This document shows, one piece after another, positions 8,352 through 17,234 of a DNA stretch of 64,000 nt. Source of the stretch: Enterobacteria phage ATK47; the sequence record NC_055708.1, one strand, 5' to 3'. The notes below the pieces were generated by a model that was not told the DNA's origin, searched no databases, and saw nothing but the letters and a program-made list of their open reading frames with translations. The translations under genes and the position numbers were made by a program. The first letter of the stretch is position 1. The number at the start of each line of letters is the position of its first letter.

Positions 8352-8530
8352 AATTGACTAAAGAAGAGAAAACTAAACTGTTTGAACTTATCCATGACCT
8401 ATTGGATGAGCAAGCAGCCACCAATGCGTATGATGAATATGCTCCTTTGACGGACGAAGAATATCAAGCATTGTTGGAATCATTTGACAGGAAAGAACAA
8501 GAACTCATTGACTACGTGAATTCGTTATGA
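8348..8530 (+). CDS. Hypothetical acidic protein
   Basis: ORF, ATGA overlap. Confidence 0.4.
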   Translation: MKLTKEEKTKLFELIHDLLDEQAATNAYDEYAPLTDEEYQALLESFDRKEQELIDYVNSL

Positions 8531-8712
8531 TTACTCGCCAACAGAAAGAAGAAATAATTTATTTGTCTAATGAAATACGGTTAGCAGAACAAGCTTATGA
8601 ATGGGAACATTCATCGTATTTCTCGTCTAAACTGGCAAAACAACTTGCAACACAAGAATTGGAAGATGCTCAAAAAGCATTGGATGATTATTTAGAACGA
8701 ATTACCGAATAA
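8527..8712 (+). CDS. Hypothetical protein
   Basis: ORF, ATGA overlap. Confidence 0.4.
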   Translation: MITRQQKEEIIYLSNEIRLAEQAYEWEHSSYFSSKLAKQLATQELEDAQKALDDYLERITE

Positions 8713-8720
8713 GGACTCTT

Positions 8721-9302
8721 ATGGCTAGTTTAATTTTTACATATGCCGCTATGAACGCTGGTAAGTCTGCTTCATTACTTACTGCTGCACATAACTATAA
8801 AGAACGTGGCATGGGTGTATTAGTTCTTAAACCGGCTATTGATACTCGTGATTCAAAAGGTGAAATAGTCTCTCGTATTGGTATTCGTCAGGATGCCAAT
8901 ATAATTACAAAAGACATGGATATCTTTGAATTCTATAAATGGGCTGCAGCACAAAAGGATATTCACTGTGTATTTGTTGACGAAGCTCAGTTCTTAACTA
9001 CTGAAAAGGTGTATCAACTTAGTCGTATTGTTGACGTATACAATGTGCCGGTAATGGCATATGGACTACGAACAGATTTTAAAGGTAATCTATTTGAAGG
9101 TTCTCAAGCATTAATGGCTATTGCCGATAAGCTTGTTGAACTTAAAGGTGTCTGTCATTGCGGTAAAAAGGCCACAATGGTAGCTAGAGTCACGGAAGAC
9201 GGACTTCCAATTACAGATGGCAGTCAAATTGAAATTGGTGATACCGATAGATACGTGTCATTATGCCGGAAGCATTGGAATGATTTGACAGGGTTGTTAT
9301 AA
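8721..9302 (+). CDS. tk: Thymidine kinase
   Basis: P-loop NAGKSASLL; strong similarity to T4 Tk as recalled. Confidence 0.95.
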   Translation: MASLIFTYAAMNAGKSASLLTAAHNYKERGMGVLVLKPAIDTRDSKGEIVSRIGIRQDANIITKDMDIFEFYKWAAAQKDIHCVFVDEAQFLTTEKVYQLSRIVDVYNVPVMAYGLRTDFKGNLFEGSQALMAIADKLVELKGVCHCGKKATMVARVTEDGLPITDGSQIEIGDTDRYVSLCRKHWNDLTGLL

Positions 9303-9329
9303 ATACTAATATCTAACCAAGAGGTATAT

Positions 9330-9542
9330 ATGCAGCAATTAAACGAAAGACAACTTCGTAATCTTACTGTAACCCAATTGGATGAAATCCGAAGAGAATT
9401 AGGACATTCTATTTCTCATTTAAACGAGGATATCCGTCAAACTGGTTCTAAAGCTGATTATACACGCAAGCGCAAGCTGGAAAAATACCTCGCAGATGTT
9501 AAGGCCGTCCAAAGGCGAAAAATAAATACTGGCCAAAATTAA
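9330..9542 (+). CDS. Hypothetical basic protein
   Basis: ORF with SD. Confidence 0.4.
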   Translation: MQQLNERQLRNLTVTQLDEIRRELGHSISHLNEDIRQTGSKADYTRKRKLEKYLADVKAVQRRKINTGQN

Positions 9543-9554
9543 CAGGAGGCCTAT

Positions 9555-9857
9555 ATGGCCTTAAGAGCGATAGCTGTCATGGCGATGCTGGGGTTTTTTG
9601 CAGCAACAACTCCTATCGTTGGTACTGCACATATTGACCCATATTTTGATAACTTTATGGAATCAGGGATTAAAAACGTATATACTTTGTTTGAAATTCA
9701 AAATGTCGAGAATTCTGAAAAATTCTATAAGTATATGGCAAAGCATTACAAAAATAGCCCCTGTGATGATGCATTTGAATGTCATGAACAAGGCATAAAA
9801 ACTGCCAGACAATTTGCTGAGTTCATGAAAATAAAATTAGAGCCTACATCTATCTAA
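9555..9857 (+). CDS. rI: RI antiholin (lysis inhibition)
   Basis: Signal-anchor N-terminus; DPYFDNFMESGI...YTLFE similar to T4 RI as recalled. Confidence 0.8.
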   Translation: MALRAIAVMAMLGFFAATTPIVGTAHIDPYFDNFMESGIKNVYTLFEIQNVENSEKFYKYMAKHYKNSPCDDAFECHEQGIKTARQFAEFMKIKLEPTSI

Positions 9858-9863
9858 TTTACT

Positions 9864-9891
9864 AGCCCCTTCCTTATGGTTGGGGCTTTTT
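9864..9891 (+). terminator. Rho-independent terminator
   Basis: agcccc...ggggct stem followed by T-run. Confidence 0.6.
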
Positions 9892-9902
9892 GGCATTTAA
9901 CA

Positions 9903-9953
9903 GTTTACTTCTCCTTGAGATGTGTTATAGTAGTCCTTACTTACTAGAGGAGA
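9903..9953 (+). promoter_or_regulatory. Early promoter (GTTTAC, TATAGT) with TATAGTAGTCCT box
   Basis: 17-bp spacing. Confidence 0.5.
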
Positions 9954-9958
9954 ACGTT

Positions 9959-10138
9959 ATGACACGTAAAGAAAAGATTTCTAAGTTGATGTTTTTGATT
10001 GAAGAGTACGCTAATGCGGTATCTGATTGGGAAAATGCTCATGGTTGCGAAGATGGAGACATCGACATTAACAGAGCTATGAAAAAGATGGCCGACGCTC
10101 ACACCGAATTGCAAATGTATGTTAACGAGATTATGTGA
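9959..10138 (+). CDS. Hypothetical small protein
   Basis: ATG after SD GAGGAG. Confidence 0.35.
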   Translation: MTRKEKISKLMFLIEEYANAVSDWENAHGCEDGDIDINRAMKKMADAHTELQMYVNEIM

Positions 10139-10145
10139 GGATATT

Positions 10146-10352
10146 ATGCTTTACGATTATACTGGAAAATCTGAAGACGGTGTGCTTGAACTTTTACCTG
10201 AAAGCGCTGAAGATGATGATATGGTGGCAATGTTTTGTAAAAATGGTCCTGGGGATAAGGGATGGATTTATCTTCGCCAAGAAAATGACCTAATTGTTTT
10301 AGACCCAAAACAAGTTGAAGAACTTTATCAACATTTAAAACACAATCGGTAG
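10146..10352 (+). CDS. Hypothetical acidic small protein
   Basis: ORF. Confidence 0.35.
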   Translation: MLYDYTGKSEDGVLELLPESAEDDDMVAMFCKNGPGDKGWIYLRQENDLIVLDPKQVEELYQHLKHNR

Positions 10353-10390
10353 TTTACATCTTGGTAGGACTATGTTATAGTAGTCCTACC
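10352..10390 (+). promoter_or_regulatory. Early promoter-stem-loop (GTTTAC; inverted repeat ggtaggactat/atagtagtcctacc)
   Basis: Read directly. Confidence 0.55.
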
Positions 10391-10516
10391 AAAACAAACG
10401 GAGAACAAAATGAAACTTTTGCTTATCGCTTATGTTGTAGTACAATACAATTATCCGATGTTTACTTATAACATGGTAAACGGCATAGTGAATCTTATTG
10501 AAACGAGTATGGTAAA

Positions 10517-10696
10517 ATGACCCGTGAACAAGCTAATAAATTGATGGACCTTATCCGTGACCTACGTGAAGCCGATTCAGATTTGAATGATGTAGCTTAT
10601 CACGCGGTAAATGATAACGGAGACTTTTATGAAAATCAGGTTGATGCGTGCCAGAATGCTTTGGTGAATTTTGTTGAAACTTTAATTGGTGAATAA
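10517..10696 (+). CDS. Hypothetical small acidic protein
   Basis: 59-aa ORF, ATGA overlap with a 36-aa ORF (10410-10520). Confidence 0.3.
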   Translation: MTREQANKLMDLIRDLREADSDLNDVAYHAVNDNGDFYENQVDACQNALVNFVETLIGE

Positions 10697-10697
10697 T

Positions 10698-11228
10698 ATG
10701 AAAATTGTAATTGAAACAACCGAGTTGTTTGGTGATTTATGTATCGAAAAACGTGGTTATGCTTACGTTCTGACACAAGAAGATGATTCTGTTACTATTC
10801 TTCCTATGGAACTGGACAAGATTTTGAAACTCAATCCGCCAGGCCATGCATCTGTAATTAACATCGATGAAGACCTTCAAGTTCGTTTTTATCACGGTCT
10901 TTATAGTGGGGTTAATATCGAAACAGAAGATGAATGCCTTTCTATCAATAATTGGAAAACATTCGTCACTAAGGTGAAAGAATTAATGGAATCTGAAATA
11001 GCCAAAAAGGCCAAACTTCAATGGGCTAAATGCCGTAATGCTTTTATTACAAATCAGGACCGCCCTGACTATACAACGGTCCTAGGCGTTAATCCTTCTT
11101 ATGAAGATGGCGATGTTGTAGTTATTCGTCAAATTGATGACCTTCGTCAACATATCGTTACATTAGACAAAGATGAAGCAGTTGCTCTTAAAGCTTATCT
11201 CGATTCTATTATCCCAACTTTGAAATAA
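10698..11228 (+). CDS. Hypothetical protein, 176 aa
   Basis: ORF. Confidence 0.45.
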   Translation: MKIVIETTELFGDLCIEKRGYAYVLTQEDDSVTILPMELDKILKLNPPGHASVINIDEDLQVRFYHGLYSGVNIETEDECLSINNWKTFVTKVKELMESEIAKKAKLQWAKCRNAFITNQDRPDYTTVLGVNPSYEDGDVVVIRQIDDLRQHIVTLDKDEAVALKAYLDSIIPTLK

Positions 11229-11237
11229 GGAATTATT

Positions 11238-11711
11238 ATGATTATCAATGAAAACTCTTGGCACTTTAAAATTTATGCCGCGTTCAATAGTACATGGAAT
11301 CGTCCGAAAACGTTGTGTGCTTATTTTTGGAAAACGTTAATCCCGGTATTGGCTGTTTCAATTATTGGATTTGCGATTTTAGCAGCAGTCACAATCATTG
11401 GCCAGGAAATTTTAACTAAATTCTTTGTTTTTAGCAGTCTATGGACATTAGTTCCAGCCTCAATTGGTGTAGGCATTTTAATTGTAGCAGTCATGGCTTT
11501 TATTGCTACCGGGTTAGTAATTGGTCCGTCTTGGTTGTTAGACAAATATAACGACAGAAAATATTATAAAGAAATTGAGCTCATTGCGCAAAACCAAGAA
11601 CGAATTAAAAATGGACTTGAGCCTATTGAACGTAAGAAATCATTAATAGGTGAATACCTTAAAGCTCGTAAAGAAAAAGTCTGTCCTACTCTTGAATATA
11701 AGGCTAAATGA
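11238..11711 (+). CDS. Hypothetical integral membrane protein
   Basis: Multiple hydrophobic helices. Confidence 0.45.
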   Translation: MIINENSWHFKIYAAFNSTWNRPKTLCAYFWKTLIPVLAVSIIGFAILAAVTIIGQEILTKFFVFSSLWTLVPASIGVGILIVAVMAFIATGLVIGPSWLLDKYNDRKYYKEIELIAQNQERIKNGLEPIERKKSLIGEYLKARKEKVCPTLEYKAK

Positions 11712-12697
11712 TGAAAACAATTATGAAAGGCTACTTTGGTAGCCACCTTTATGGAACGTCTACTCCTGAATCTGACGTCGATTTTAAAGAAATTTATGTC
11801 CCTCATGCTCGTGATATTTTGACCGGTAACGTTAAAGAACATATGAGCAAGAACACGAATAACACATCTTCTAAGAACACAAAAGACGACGTAGACCATG
11901 AGTTGTATAGTCTAAAATATTTCTTTAAACTAGCTGCGGATGGTGAAACCGTCGCATTAGATATGCTTCATACTCCACCAAGTCTAGTAGTTAAATCTGA
12001 TTTGCCTGATGTATGGAAGTATATTCAAGATAACAGGTCTCGTTTCTATACCACTAACATGAAATCTTATTTAGGGTACGTCCGTAAGCAAGCTTCTAAA
12101 TACGGTGTCAAGGGTTCTCGACTGGCTGTTCTTCGTCAAGCCCTTAAACGTTCTAATGAATGGGGACAATACTTTGATAATGGTGCAGTAATTCGTTTAT
12201 CACATATGAAGAATGTTCTACCTGTAGGTGAATTTGCTTCATGGGTTGAAACCGAAAACGAGAAAACAGGTAAGCAAACATTCTATAGTCTGTTAGACCG
12301 TAAATTCCAAGACACGTTAACCAATAAAGAGTTCAATGCTATCCTGGTTAAACTGGAAGAGAACTATGGTGAACGTGCTCGTAAAGCAGAAGCTAACGAA
12401 GGTATTGACTGGAAAGCATTGAGTCATGCATGTCGTGGTGGACTTCAATTATTGGAAATTTACAAAACCGGCGACCTGGTTTACCCACTTCAGGATGCTC
12501 CATTTATTCTCGATGTTAAGCTTGGTAAACATACGTTTAAAACTGTACAAGAATTCCTAGAAGATATCGTTGACCAAGTTGAACATGCGTCAGAACAAGC
12601 TGCCAAGAATGGTATGCAACAAAAAGTAGATACGAGTTTCTGGGATGATTTCCTTGAGCAAGTCTATCTCGAAAATCATAATTCTTACTATAAATAA
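11708..12697 (+). CDS. Pol-beta-superfamily nucleotidyltransferase-like protein
   Basis: N-terminal G-S-x-x-Y-G-x(6)-S-D-V-D motif (GSHLYGTSTPESDVDF). Confidence 0.5.
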   Translation: MMKTIMKGYFGSHLYGTSTPESDVDFKEIYVPHARDILTGNVKEHMSKNTNNTSSKNTKDDVDHELYSLKYFFKLAADGETVALDMLHTPPSLVVKSDLPDVWKYIQDNRSRFYTTNMKSYLGYVRKQASKYGVKGSRLAVLRQALKRSNEWGQYFDNGAVIRLSHMKNVLPVGEFASWVETENEKTGKQTFYSLLDRKFQDTLTNKEFNAILVKLEENYGERARKAEANEGIDWKALSHACRGGLQLLEIYKTGDLVYPLQDAPFILDVKLGKHTFKTVQEFLEDIVDQVEHASEQAAKNGMQQKVDTSFWDDFLEQVYLENHNSYYK

Positions 12698-12728
12698 GTA
12701 GATAAATAACCCTTAACTTGAGGTAAAT

Positions 12729-12989
12729 ATGAAAAAATTAGCAATTGGTTTATTCGCAGTAATGATGGCATTCTCTGTTGGTGCTACCACAGGAGCTGGT
12801 GGTAACCAGTCTTCTGGGCCTTCCAACGGTTCGGTAAATGCATCACATTCTCAGGGTATTGAGAATATCAAATCGAGCTATATTAATAGCACTGCCGGAC
12901 AAGCAACTGAAGCATGGTCAAAGGGTCGAGTAGTTACACGCTCCGTATTCTGTGATATGCCTAATTATGTTGCTAAGTGCGATAAGTAA
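12729..12989 (+). CDS. Small secreted protein
   Basis: Signal peptide MKKLAIGLFAVMMAFSVGA. Confidence 0.45.
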   Translation: MKKLAIGLFAVMMAFSVGATTGAGGNQSSGPSNGSVNASHSQGIENIKSSYINSTAGQATEAWSKGRVVTRSVFCDMPNYVAKCDK

Positions 12990-12994
12990 ATGTG

Positions 12995-13014
12995 GGGACC
13001 TTCGGGTCCCTTTA
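12995..13014 (+). terminator. Rho-independent terminator (UUCG tetraloop)
   Basis: gggacc-ttcg-ggtccc + TTT. Confidence 0.7.
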
Positions 13015-13040
13015 GGGGGTCAAAATATTTTTAAAAAGTA

Positions 13041-13069
13041 GTGTACATGCTTTTAGGATATGATACTAT
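13041..13069 (+). promoter_or_regulatory. Early promoter (GTGTAC, TACTAT) with TATAGACCTATC box
   Basis: 17-bp spacing. Confidence 0.5.
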
Positions 13070-13086
13070 AGACCTATCGAAACGAA

Positions 13087-14088
13087 ATGAGTAAATTGGA
13101 GAATAAAATGTTCAACGTTCAAATCAAAAAAGGTATCTATCGTAATAACGAAATCTCTGGTTCTTATGTTGCCACAAAGACATGGTTCCCGGCAAAGCTT
13201 AATCCTGAATGTTCCCACTTAGGTGATGGTAAAATTTTCGTTATGATTGATGGTTCTGAACGTGGAGTATGGGTCTTCAAATCAGACATCGTAATGGAAG
13301 GAGTTGAGACGTCACCAGTTGCAGTTGTTGAAAGCACTGAAGATATGAAAACTCGTATCAACAAACGCTTTAAAGTAATGAACATGATGACGAATGGCAT
13401 TATTGATGGCAAAATTCGTTCACTCATTATTTCAGGTGCAGCTGGTATTGGTAAGACGTATTCTCTGGATAAAGCACTTAATAATGCTAATGATAATGGT
13501 TTCATCAAATACAAAAGCATTAATGGTAAAATCTCCGGTATTGGCCTTTACGAACAACTTTGGCTCAACCGTGATGAAGACAGCGTTCTCTTAATCGATG
13601 ACGTTGACGTATTCTCAGATATGGACATCCTGAACCTTCTTAAAGCAGCATTAGATACCGGAGATAAACGCAAAGTTTGTTGGAGCACTGCGTCATCTTA
13701 TCTCGAGGATAAGGGTATTGATAAAGAATTTGAGTTTGAAGGTACTATCGTTTTCATTACAAACGTTGATATCGATAAAGAGTTAGAACGGGGTTCGAAA
13801 CTTGCTCCACACCTTCAAGCTTTAGTATCTCGTTCAGTGTATCTCGACCTTGGAGTACACTCTAATGAAGAGATTATGGTTCGAGTTGAAGATGTAATAT
13901 TATCTACTGATATGATGCAGAAACGTGGCTTGACTGATGCTGAAACGTATAAAGCATTGTCCTGGATGAAGGCTAATGTATCTCGTCTTCGCAATGTATC
14001 ATTACGTACGGCTCTTTATGTAGCAGATTTTATTTCAACCGATAAAGATGGTTGGGAGGAAATCTCCGAAGTAACTTTACTGAAATAA
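13087..14088 (+). CDS. P-loop NTPase (AAA-like ATPase)
   Basis: Walker A GAAGIGKT and Walker B LLIDDVD. Confidence 0.55.
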   Translation: MSKLENKMFNVQIKKGIYRNNEISGSYVATKTWFPAKLNPECSHLGDGKIFVMIDGSERGVWVFKSDIVMEGVETSPVAVVESTEDMKTRINKRFKVMNMMTNGIIDGKIRSLIISGAAGIGKTYSLDKALNNANDNGFIKYKSINGKISGIGLYEQLWLNRDEDSVLLIDDVDVFSDMDILNLLKAALDTGDKRKVCWSTASSYLEDKGIDKEFEFEGTIVFITNVDIDKELERGSKLAPHLQALVSRSVYLDLGVHSNEEIMVRVEDVILSTDMMQKRGLTDAETYKALSWMKANVSRLRNVSLRTALYVADFISTDKDGWEEISEVTLLK

Positions 14089-14225
14089 GCTTATAGGAAG
14101 TTCTGAGGTAACAAAAGCCATAAAGATGAATAATCATATGGCTTACCTCAAAGAAGGACACCAGGAACCTACTGAGGGCATAGAAATATTTAAAATAATG
14201 ATGTACAAATCAAAGAGGATATGTT

Positions 14226-14513
14226 ATGGATTTTATGCAAAAAATTAAAGCCGCAGTCGAACTCTATGCTCATCGTATGGTTAGTTCTACGATGCAATAT
14301 AGCGAGGAGGTTCGCCAGGACTCTTCCTTGAAAGGAAAAACTAAAGCCTTAATTACCTTAGATCGTTTGCAAAAGAATGCCATAGAGATGCTCCAGTACG
14401 ACAAGGGTGTATATAAGAAAGAACAGGAAGAGAAACTTAAATCTGAAAAATTACAAAAAATCCCGAAGTCGGTTTGGTTCAGTGGAAAAAATACCGAAAA
14501 AAGTTTCTTTTAG
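14226..14513 (+). CDS. Hypothetical protein
   Basis: ORF. Confidence 0.4.
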   Translation: MDFMQKIKAAVELYAHRMVSSTMQYSEEVRQDSSLKGKTKALITLDRLQKNAIEMLQYDKGVYKKEQEEKLKSEKLQKIPKSVWFSGKNTEKSFF

Positions 14514-14515
14514 TT

Positions 14516-14549
14516 GTTTACAAGGTCTATGGTTATGTTATTATAGACC
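14516..14549 (+). promoter_or_regulatory. Early promoter-stem-loop (GTTTAC, TATTAT; inverted repeat aggtctat/atagacct)
   Basis: Read directly. Confidence 0.55.
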
Positions 14550-14571
14550 TATCAACTACTGGAGGTAAAAC

Positions 14572-15099
14572 ATGAACGCTAAAGATATTTTCAACCTGGT
14601 AAATTATAACGACGGTAAATTTAAATCTGAAGCACAAAGCAAGTTCTTTAATGACGTTGCTTATGGTAACGAGATTACCGTAGATGGAGGTCAGATTTTC
14701 AAATCTCGCTGGAATTGGATTGTTATCATCGATTCAGTTGGAATTGTGGAAGTCTACAAAAACACTAACAAAAACCGTACATTATTCTGGTCTCGTGAAA
14801 CTAACGAGCAGTACAAAAAGGATAAAGCATCTCGTTTATCCAAAGTAACCCAGGAAGATATCGAGTTTATTAAGAAAGATATCGAGATGTACGAAAATTT
14901 AATCGCTGAAGACCAGGCAGTACTCGATAAGTTTGATGAAATTAAAGCTTCTCGTGAAATCCCTGACTTCATGAAAGAAACAGTAAACGAACGATACGCT
15001 CTCACTTCAGAACGTATTGCAAACTATACAAAACAGAAAGCAGAACGTATTAGTACTCTTCGGAAATTTGAAGAACGTTTAAAGACGGTTCACGCATAA
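14572..15099 (+). CDS. Hypothetical protein, 175 aa
   Basis: ORF with SD. Confidence 0.45.
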   Translation: MNAKDIFNLVNYNDGKFKSEAQSKFFNDVAYGNEITVDGGQIFKSRWNWIVIIDSVGIVEVYKNTNKNRTLFWSRETNEQYKKDKASRLSKVTQEDIEFIKKDIEMYENLIAEDQAVLDKFDEIKASREIPDFMKETVNERYALTSERIANYTKQKAERISTLRKFEERLKTVHA

Positions 15100-15161
15100 A
15101 CGCTTTACCCAAGGACGGGTTATAATGGTTTTGAGTTCCAATTCAATCTGAGGAAATAGTT

Positions 15162-16157
15162 ATGAGCATTACATCTGATGCGATAAAACATGAAATTAAC
15201 GGTTTATGTGCTTCACAGATTAAAGTGTGGTTTAAAGACCATAATGATCGCAGAGCGCTTAATTATGAACGAATTGCTATCCAAGTTCATCAATTACTGG
15301 TTAGTAAATTTGATTTTCATATGCCGTCTGAAATCTATACTAATCTACCGCGAGCGCTTATTAAAGCGTGTAAAGGCTACGGAAAATCAATGGCTGACGG
15401 AATCTTCAGCGCGCTGAATAAACTTAACGTTCTGTCGATGATTAACTCTAACAATATCCTGCGTAATCTAGGACGTACTGATTTGTTCGGTCGTGAACAG
15501 TGTAAAATGCCTTTGAAACGGATTGTTGCTCATCTTAACGAGAACCAAACACGTTTTATGGCCGTAACAGCACGTTTACAAATGGGCCTAGATCGTCAGA
15601 TGAACTTTAAAACTCATCCACGTTATTCAGGTTCAACAGACTTTTATAAATGTGAGCTTCAAAAGGTTGGTGGTAAAACTGTCTTAGTAGTTCGTGTAAC
15701 GTTTGAAGGACGACGTCAAGGATATTTTGACATAATCGGCTCTGGTCTTAAACATTGTGGATTTATCGACGAAGTTGATATCAAGCGAGACGGCATTGGA
15801 TACCGTATTGGGTATGTTTGTACTCTTAAAGAAGAGATTTCAGGACCAGCTCCAGGACTAAAAGACGTTAGATATAAAGACGAGCTCGTTGAAGAAATAA
15901 AAGAAGTTGAATATGATATCAACCAAGAAGATGCTCTTAAAGACCTTATTGATGAACTGAACCAAGATGTTATTCCTGTTCAGAAATTTGAATCAAAACA
16001 TGCTGAGCAAATCAAATACTTTGAAGCTTTGATTAACGAACTTAATGTAACTATTCAACAGACTGACGATGAAATCTCACGATTAGCAGGCTTAAACGGT
16101 AAAAATAAAACAGAACGAGCTAATCTTATTCAAGTAGTAAAACTTCTTAAGGAATGA
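15162..16157 (+). CDS. Hypothetical protein with C-terminal coiled coil
   Basis: ORF; heptad-like C-terminal ~80 aa. Confidence 0.5.
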   Translation: MSITSDAIKHEINGLCASQIKVWFKDHNDRRALNYERIAIQVHQLLVSKFDFHMPSEIYTNLPRALIKACKGYGKSMADGIFSALNKLNVLSMINSNNILRNLGRTDLFGREQCKMPLKRIVAHLNENQTRFMAVTARLQMGLDRQMNFKTHPRYSGSTDFYKCELQKVGGKTVLVVRVTFEGRRQGYFDIIGSGLKHCGFIDEVDIKRDGIGYRIGYVCTLKEEISGPAPGLKDVRYKDELVEEIKEVEYDINQEDALKDLIDELNQDVIPVQKFESKHAEQIKYFEALINELNVTIQQTDDEISRLAGLNGKNKTERANLIQVVKLLKE

Positions 16158-16186
16158 TGTACAACCAAGGATGGTTGGAGTATAAT
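16157..16186 (+). promoter_or_regulatory. Conserved early promoter copy (aTGTACaaccaaggatggttggagTATAAT)
   Basis: Near-identical 30-bp unit also at 17177, 59176, 59733. Confidence 0.6.
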
Positions 16187-16212
16187 AAATTTTTCAACAT
16201 GAGGAATATAAA

Positions 16213-17172
16213 ATGGCTTTTATTACACGTAGAGAACTTATCAAAGAATTTACCTCGAACGCATATACTCCAGGACCTAATCCTATCCGTATGCCTGTAA
16301 AGACTCCTGAAGAGATTGAGGAAATCTGTTCATATTATGGGATTACTTCTCGTATGTTTACCCAATTTGAATGCGTTACTAACACACCCGTTAAAGAGTT
16401 CATTAAAAATGGTGAGTTCAGCCGTTTATTGGCCAAACAGAAACTTCGTAATTTTTGTATTGGCGGTGAAGGTCAATATTTCGCTAAGCAGTTCCGGAAT
16501 AACCTTAACAATCTGATGGCCATTGCTTCTCGTATTCGTCCTCAAGCAATTAACATGAAACATTTGAAATATACTTACGATAAGTTAGAAATCATGGTTA
16601 TCAGTGAGAACGAGTTCACTCTTACGTATAAACCTAAGAATGATAACGTTGCTCGTGTATTCCACCAAGCGTTGGAAGTTTTAGGTGATAATATCCACCA
16701 GATTAAAGCAATTTATTCTCGTGAGCTTAATATTATCGACCCTATCAAGAATAAGGGCCATATCGCTATCCAGGCTCGTGTATCTATTGGTAAAAAGGTT
16801 CCTGCACCATGGTGGCACAAAGACTCTGAATATTATCAAAATCTTAAAAAGGAAAATGCAACATTTGAAGCGTCAATTACTGCAACCCCAATTGGTAATG
16901 CTGAAGTTCTAGGTTCATATTCTACTTCGGGTAAATCAATGTTTAAAGGTTTGCCAAATGTGTGCAAACTGTCTGCAGTAAAACTAAATGTTTCTAATGA
17001 CCTTCTTCCGGTCGAAGATTACCATTACAATCAAATCAAGGCCACTATGGACCAACTGTCTGTTGAACTTGACAAAGCACAAGCTAAGCTTCGTGATGCT
17101 CAAAGTGTTGTAACGAATCTCCAGTTGCAGTACTCTAAACTTTTTAACGCAATGAATGCATTAAAATCATAA
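16213..17172 (+). CDS. Hypothetical protein with C-terminal coiled coil
   Basis: ORF. Confidence 0.5.
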   Translation: MAFITRRELIKEFTSNAYTPGPNPIRMPVKTPEEIEEICSYYGITSRMFTQFECVTNTPVKEFIKNGEFSRLLAKQKLRNFCIGGEGQYFAKQFRNNLNNLMAIASRIRPQAINMKHLKYTYDKLEIMVISENEFTLTYKPKNDNVARVFHQALEVLGDNIHQIKAIYSRELNIIDPIKNKGHIAIQARVSIGKKVPAPWWHKDSEYYQNLKKENATFEASITATPIGNAEVLGSYSTSGKSMFKGLPNVCKLSAVKLNVSNDLLPVEDYHYNQIKATMDQLSVELDKAQAKLRDAQSVVTNLQLQYSKLFNAMNALKS

Positions 17173-17176
17173 AACG

Positions 17177-17206
17177 GTTTACAACCAAGGACGGTTGGAG
17201 TATAAT
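17177..17206 (+). promoter_or_regulatory. Conserved early promoter copy (GTTTACaaccaaggacggttggagTATAAT)
   Basis: Read directly. Confidence 0.6.
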
Positions 17207-17234
17207 GAATCTATCTTAACGAGAGGAAAATATT

